From an uncultured virus (IMG/VR IMGVR_UViG_3300046746_000620) (lineage: Duplodnaviria > Heunggongvirae > Uroviricota > Caudoviricetes): DNA of 64,000 nt. Position 1 is the stretch's first letter. The number at the start of each line of letters is the position of its first letter. A program made the translations under genes and the position numbers. This document shows positions 60,266-64,000 of the stretch, piece by piece. The stretch spans positions 1 to 64,000 of the IMG/VR virus record IMGVR_UViG_3300046746_000620. One strand, written 5' to 3'. The notes under the pieces are model-generated. The model was given only the letters and a program-made list of their open reading frames with translations. It had not been told where the DNA came from and searched no databases.

Positions 60266-60477
60266 AACACATTAAAACCAAGAGGTTGGGCATGTATTGT
60301 GTAATGGCCCCCCAACCACTGTTAAATTTTCTGCCCAACCTCTTTTGGTTAAATTTTTTTTTAAATTTTCGCAAAACTTCCACGTTTATATTTACACTTT
60401 TAAAAGGTAAAGGGAAAAAGGACTGTGTTAAAAATATAGTCCACACAGGAAATTTTTTTGGACTATTTTAATTTAAT

Positions 60478-61209
60478 TCAAGATTTTAATTCTTCTAGTT
60501 TTTTAACTATATATTTTAATATCTCGCTTCTTTTTATATCTTTATGATCAAAATCAAAAGTATGTATCCCTTGCCTTTTAGAGCTTTCTTCATCAAAGAG
60601 TTCTTTAATTGGAGATAAACCACTCTTTCCGTTTATATCGCTTTGCATTATATCTCCGCAAATAAACATTTTTGTGTTTTCTCCTATTCTCGTAATTAAA
60701 GTTACTAACTCTTTTAAACTGAAGTTTTGAGCTTCGTCGGCTATTACGATTTGATCGTTTAAGCTGGCTCCTCGTAAATAGTTGATTGGCATAGCTGTAA
60801 TTACACCTTTGTCAACTAAATTTTTTGCTGTTGATATTGGTATTAACTCATACAGTTTATCATTAAGCGGCATCATAAATGGGCAAAATTTCTCATCAAC
60901 ATTTCCTGGTAATGCGCCCATGCCCCTGTCAGCACTTTCAATGATTGTTCGCACATAACTAATACTATAGTTATTATTCATATTAAATAATTGAAGAGCA
61001 CCGTAAATAGCCATAAACGTTTTACTTGTTCCAGCAGGACCGTTTATAAAAATTATCTTAGTATCTCTGTCAAATATTAACTTCAACAACTCTTGTTGTT
61101 TATCAGAAAAATCTATTTTTTTGAGCTTCACTTTTGTCTTAGACATGGAGCTCATGATTTTTTCTATTTCTTGATCGTCTTCTATTTCAGATTTTTTGCG
61201 TCTTGGCAT
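60478..61209 (-). CDS. phoH: PhoH-family ATPase
   Basis: GPAGTSKT, GALPG, YLRGASL, IADEAQN, TRIGEN, GDIMQSD; start reassigned to MPRRKK. Confidence 0.92.
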   Translation of the reverse strand: MPRRKKSEIEDDQEIEKIMSSMSKTKVKLKKIDFSDKQQELLKLIFDRDTKIIFINGPAGTSKTFMAIYGALQLFNMNNNYSISYVRTIIESADRGMGALPGNVDEKFCPFMMPLNDKLYELIPISTAKNLVDKGVITAMPINYLRGASLNDQIVIADEAQNFSLKELVTLITRIGENTKMFICGDIMQSDINGKSGLSPIKELFDEESSKRQGIHTFDFDHKDIKRSEILKYIVKKLEELKS

Positions 61210-61425
61210 GTCTATCAAAGATATACTATATGATACACAATTAAAATTCAAGTGTCGCCGATTTTTTTTTGAAAAATGTTATTCACAAAAGATCGAAGCT
61301 TTGATTTTTTGAGAAAAACCACCCCCCCGCCAAATCTGTCAAGCTTAATCTGTAAAAAATTCAAAAAACGGGGGACATCCTTAAATTTTTAAAAATAAAA
61401 ATAATAGTTTTTTTTTTGAATTAGT

Positions 61426-61454
61426 TTGACGTGAAGCTCTTTTTTGTTTAGTTT
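61426..61454 (+). promoter_or_regulatory. Early sigma70 promoter, leaderless
   Basis: TTGACG-N17-TAGTTT-N6-ATG. Confidence 0.7.
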
Positions 61455-61460
61455 GTATAT

Positions 61461-61673
61461 ATGAACATTACTAAAGGATTAAAAGTCGGAAGCCTTTACC
61501 ACTCAAAGGTTAATAATAAAGTTGTTCGTCTCGTGTCTATCGACAGAGTCGGATCTCAACGGATCGCAACGATCAAGCATCATGCGCAAAATCATCTTTT
61601 CGAGTCAGAGGTTTTTATCTCTGACCTAATCAAGGCAACTGCCGATCAAGTCAAGGCTTACTTTAAAAGGTAA
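61461..61673 (+). CDS. Early hypothetical protein
   Basis: ORF starting at the predicted +1. Confidence 0.75.
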   Translation: MNITKGLKVGSLYHSKVNNKVVRLVSIDRVGSQRIATIKHHAQNHLFESEVFISDLIKATADQVKAYFKR

Positions 61674-61709
61674 GTCTTGACACAACACACAAGGAAAGGT
61701 AAAAAAGAA

Positions 61710-61880
61710 ATGATTAAAATACTACGAAACCCTAACTTTTCAAATTGGTTTGACATTCGCCTTTTTGGGGAACTAATAGACAACGCAAAATCACAAGCAA
61801 AAGCCTTGCAAATTGCAAAACAAATAAAACGAAACAATCCACATTTTCAAATCGTAACAGAGGGAGAAACAAATGCGTAA
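61710..61880 (+). CDS. Early hypothetical protein
   Basis: ATG 61710 preceded by purine-rich AAGGAAAGG. Confidence 0.65.
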   Translation: MIKILRNPNFSNWFDIRLFGELIDNAKSQAKALQIAKQIKRNNPHFQIVTEGETNA

Positions 61881-62169
61881 AGTAACAGAAAGAATTAAAC
61901 AAGCCTTTGAGCAAGGCACTTCTCTAAAGGTCGGCAACACAAGAACAGACGGCACAAGCGTCTTCTTGCATGGTAACGAGATAATCAAACGAGATGAAAG
62001 CGGGCTTGTAATGGCTACGCTTGCAGGATGGAACACGCCAACCACAAGGGAAAGAATCAACGGCATAACAGGATTGGGCATCTACCAAAAGAACTTTGCT
62101 CCTATGCTAAACGGGCAAGAAATTGACGAATACGATTGGGTGACGCATACAGAGGAGGTGTATGTATGA
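61873..62169 (+). CDS. Early hypothetical protein
   Basis: GGAG RBS; LHGNEI...AGWNTPTTRERING motif typical of small phage proteins. Confidence 0.75.
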   Translation: MRKVTERIKQAFEQGTSLKVGNTRTDGTSVFLHGNEIIKRDESGLVMATLAGWNTPTTRERINGITGLGIYQKNFAPMLNGQEIDEYDWVTHTEEVYV

Positions 62170-62216
62170 CTTGCATAATCCTCTTATCCATTGCATTATA
62201 CTTCTACTCTAAATAA
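62166..62216 (+). CDS. 16-aa hydrophobic peptide MTCIILLSIALYFYSK
   Basis: ATGA overlap with the upstream stop and a GAGGAGG RBS; below the ORF-track cutoff. Confidence 0.45.
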   Translation: MTCIILLSIALYFYSK

Positions 62217-62227
62217 AATAAGCCGCC

Positions 62228-62300
62228 TAAGTGACTGAATAACAAGCACTTAGAGCGCGGCGCTGCCGCGTGACCTAAGTACTTAATAAACAACAACTTA
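62228..62300. repeat. 73-bp double-box element, copy 1
   Basis: TAAGT-N15-ACTTA, 23-bp GC core, TAAGT-N15-ACTTA. Confidence 0.9.
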
Positions 62301-62363
62301 CGAAAGTCTCGTACAGAAATCATGCCAATTCATGTAATAGAATAATGCAATAAAATAGTTGCC

Positions 62364-62410
62364 AAATAATTCAAAATAAATTTGACTTTAGTTAATAGAT
62401 GCTTTAGTTT
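62364..62410 (+). promoter_or_regulatory. Early sigma70 promoter, leaderless
   Basis: TTGACT-N17-TAGTTT-N6-ATG; 62364-62386 is identical to 62762-62784. Confidence 0.7.
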
Positions 62411-62416
62411 ATATAT

Positions 62417-62767
62417 ATGAAATCAATATACAATACAGACACAGAAGAATTTACTTTTAACTTTTTAATGAGCATCGAGGGTGCAACTTATAGAATCGAA
62501 GCCGTAGCTTGTCAAGATGACATCTTGCTGAGCGAACAATATCGTCCCGAATATATCGACGTTTATATGGCTAAATTAATAAATGACAAAACAGGTGAAT
62601 TTATAGAATCAAGCATCTATAAAAACACAGATCTTTTAAAGGTTGTGAGCGACAAGCTCACAGAAAGGCTAATTACAAATGCAAGCAAAACTTGGTTTGT
62701 TACTGATGCGCCAAGGCTTTTCCGTGAGCAATTCGACACTTGCCTTGAAATAATGTTTCAAAAATAA
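62417..62767 (+). CDS. Early hypothetical protein
   Basis: ORF at the predicted +1. Confidence 0.75.
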   Translation: MKSIYNTDTEEFTFNFLMSIEGATYRIEAVACQDDILLSEQYRPEYIDVYMAKLINDKTGEFIESSIYKNTDLLKVVSDKLTERLITNASKTWFVTDAPRLFREQFDTCLEIMFQK

Positions 62768-62808
62768 TTCAAAATAAATTTGACAAAAGTTAAAAAATAG
62801 ACGATAGT
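62762..62808 (+). promoter_or_regulatory. Early sigma70 promoter, leaderless
   Basis: TTGACA-N17-GATAGT-N5-ATG. Confidence 0.6.
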
Positions 62809-62813
62809 AAGGT

Positions 62814-63149
62814 ATGACAGAAATAAAAATAGAATTCGACGAAGTAAACAATGAAGAGTTTTCCGCCTATGCTGAAGTAGGCGAGGAATACTACGAACTG
62901 CAAGGCACAACATGGACAGATGAGCAAGAGTCTCTTTATGGAGATCAAGTCTCAGCCGTTCACTTAGTGGCTTACTTTGATACTCTTGAAAGCGTGAAGC
63001 GCTTCGATGGCAACGGCAAACAAATTGATTCAATGAACTTGGATCTTATCAAAGCAATTAAAAAAGAACTTAATAAAAACATGGATGAAGAGATAGGATC
63101 ACACTCTTGCCGTGTTGACTACTCGCCACAATACTACGACCTAATCTAA
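62814..63149 (+). CDS. Early acidic hypothetical protein
   Basis: Very acidic 111-aa ORF. Confidence 0.75.
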   Translation: MTEIKIEFDEVNNEEFSAYAEVGEEYYELQGTTWTDEQESLYGDQVSAVHLVAYFDTLESVKRFDGNGKQIDSMNLDLIKAIKKELNKNMDEEIGSHSCRVDYSPQYYDLI

Positions 63150-63151
63150 TC

Positions 63152-63325
63152 ATGGAATACATAAAAAACACGATCAACAAATTAAGAACTCAAATCATGG
63201 CATTGAATAGCGAAAGAATCAAGGCAATGAAATTGAACAATAAAAAGAAGGCTTCAGACATTGAAGCTATACAAATAGAATTAGACAATCAAATAGCACG
63301 ATTGGAAGGTCTCGCACACCGATAA
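63152..63325 (+). CDS. 57-aa coiled-coil hypothetical protein
   Basis: My translation MEYIKNTINKLRTQ...RLEGLAHR; below the ORF-track cutoff. Confidence 0.65.
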   Translation: MEYIKNTINKLRTQIMALNSERIKAMKLNNKKKASDIEAIQIELDNQIARLEGLAHR

Positions 63326-63336
63326 GATCAGCCCCC

Positions 63337-63409
63337 TAAGTTACTGATAACCAAGCACTTAGGTCAGGGCGCCGCGCTGCGCTGTAAGTGCTTAATAAGC
63401 AACTACTTA
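63337..63409. repeat. 73-bp double-box element, copy 2
   Basis: Same 25+23+25 architecture as 62228-62300. Confidence 0.9.
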
Positions 63410-63529
63410 TATAACTCCATAAATCTAGTTTAAAATTGCATAATCCCGCCACCACTAAAAAGTTGCACTATTTGACTATTTGGTATTTAAATAAAAAAAC
63501 AAAAAAAATGAAAATAAATCCGTATTTGC

Positions 63530-63558
63530 TTGCAAAACACGCACTACTAGTTTACCTT
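63530..63558 (+). promoter_or_regulatory. Early sigma70 promoter, leaderless
   Basis: TTGCAA-N17-TACCTT-N6-ATG(63565). Confidence 0.65.
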
Positions 63559-63564
63559 GTTTTT

Positions 63565-63798
63565 ATGGATAAGATCAGAATCAATCATGTAATCGGAGTC
63601 AATGGACTTCTTGAATTTTCACGCGACGAAAAGTCGGGCATATCCCTGTGGGAAGATGTTGCAAATAATGTTTGGACTTGGGATCAAATAGTCGAAGCAT
63701 CTAAAGATGTAACAAATAAAGAAATCATCGACGCCATGAAAGTAGATGGACACATCACTGAGCCATGCGTAAATGATCTTTTAAATATACTAAAATAA
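63565..63798 (+). CDS. Early hypothetical protein
   Basis: Start reassigned to MDKIRIN from promoter geometry. Confidence 0.65.
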   Translation: MDKIRINHVIGVNGLLEFSRDEKSGISLWEDVANNVWTWDQIVEASKDVTNKEIIDAMKVDGHITEPCVNDLLNILK

Positions 63799-63801
63799 AA
63801 T

Positions 63802-63830
63802 TTGCAATTATATCATAACTCGTTTACCTT
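63802..63830 (+). promoter_or_regulatory. Early sigma70 promoter, leaderless
   Basis: TTGCAA-N17-TACCTT-N6-ATG(63837). Confidence 0.65.
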
Positions 63831-63836
63831 ATATAT

Positions 63837-64000
63837 ATGAAAGCTAATACAGACACCATCTCAATCGTTGACCTAATCGAAAACGAATCATATAAAAATC
63901 ACCAAGCTTACAACTTAGCAAAAGCTCTCTTGGACATTGCGGTTCAAGCAAGATCCATAAAAAACACAGTTTCAGAAAACATTTCAGGCGATGGAAAAGT
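63837..64000 (+). CDS. Early hypothetical protein, truncated by the window edge
   Basis: MKANTDTISIVDLIENES..., open to the end. Confidence 0.65.
   Translation, partial: MKANTDTISIVDLIENESYKNHQAYNLAKALLDIAVQARSIKNTVSENISGDGK

Noticed and set aside
61340..61345. Minus-strand TTGACA near 61340 as a phoH promoter
   Set aside because: No plausible -10 hexamer at 16-18 nt spacing.
62228..63409. Canonical integron attC sites or tRNAs
   Set aside because: Ends are GCCTAAG or CCCTAAG and CTTA rather than RYYYAAC/GTTRRRY; no integron integrase in the window; no cloverleaf or T-loop motif.
63436..63564. N-terminal extension of the ORF called 63436-63798
   Set aside because: It runs through a promoter and A-tracts; ATG 63565 fits the recurring leaderless geometry.
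1..64000. Alternative genetic code (stop reassignment)
   Set aside because: Standard-code ORFs tile the window densely, and TAA, TAG and TGA all end genes at tight junctions.

Overview
This is a 64-kb AT-rich segment of a large tailed dsDNA phage genome (Caudoviricetes) in standard genetic code. I saw no tRNA, rRNA, CRISPR array or integrase. The minus strand (about 61.2 kb down to 17.5 kb) carries a late/morphogenesis module: PhoH, ECF-like sigma factor, ERCC4 nuclease, terminase, portal, protease-scaffold, capsid, neck, tail tube, a 3497-aa tape measure protein (TMP) and tail-tip proteins. No sheath gene is recognisable. The 12.5-17.5 kb region holds mostly plus-strand replication/transcription genes (dNMP kinase, second sigma factor, SSB). 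The 4.2-12.4 kb region holds NrdA and a nucleotide-sugar/glycosylation cluster, and 1-4.2 kb holds two Thr-X repeat proteins. From 61.4 kb, short plus-strand genes follow in a probable early region. Most notable: (1) the TMP contains about 1900 aa of basic cargo segments delimited by 10-11 copies of a G[FY]xPN[FY]-like motif, two with PD-(D/E)xK nuclease-like signatures, suggesting an injected, possibly processed effector polyprotein; (2) a 73-bp element (two TAAGT-N15-ACTTA boxes around a 23-bp GC core) occurs twice, each exactly 11 nt after a stop codon, with the core apparently flipped, among leaderless self-promoted genes; (3) a candidate late promoter TTCAC-N15-GTGTAA; (4) Thr-X repeat proteins alongside fucose-synthesis, sulfotransferase-like and methyltransferase-like genes. 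All product calls come from motif recognition by eye and gene order, with no database search.
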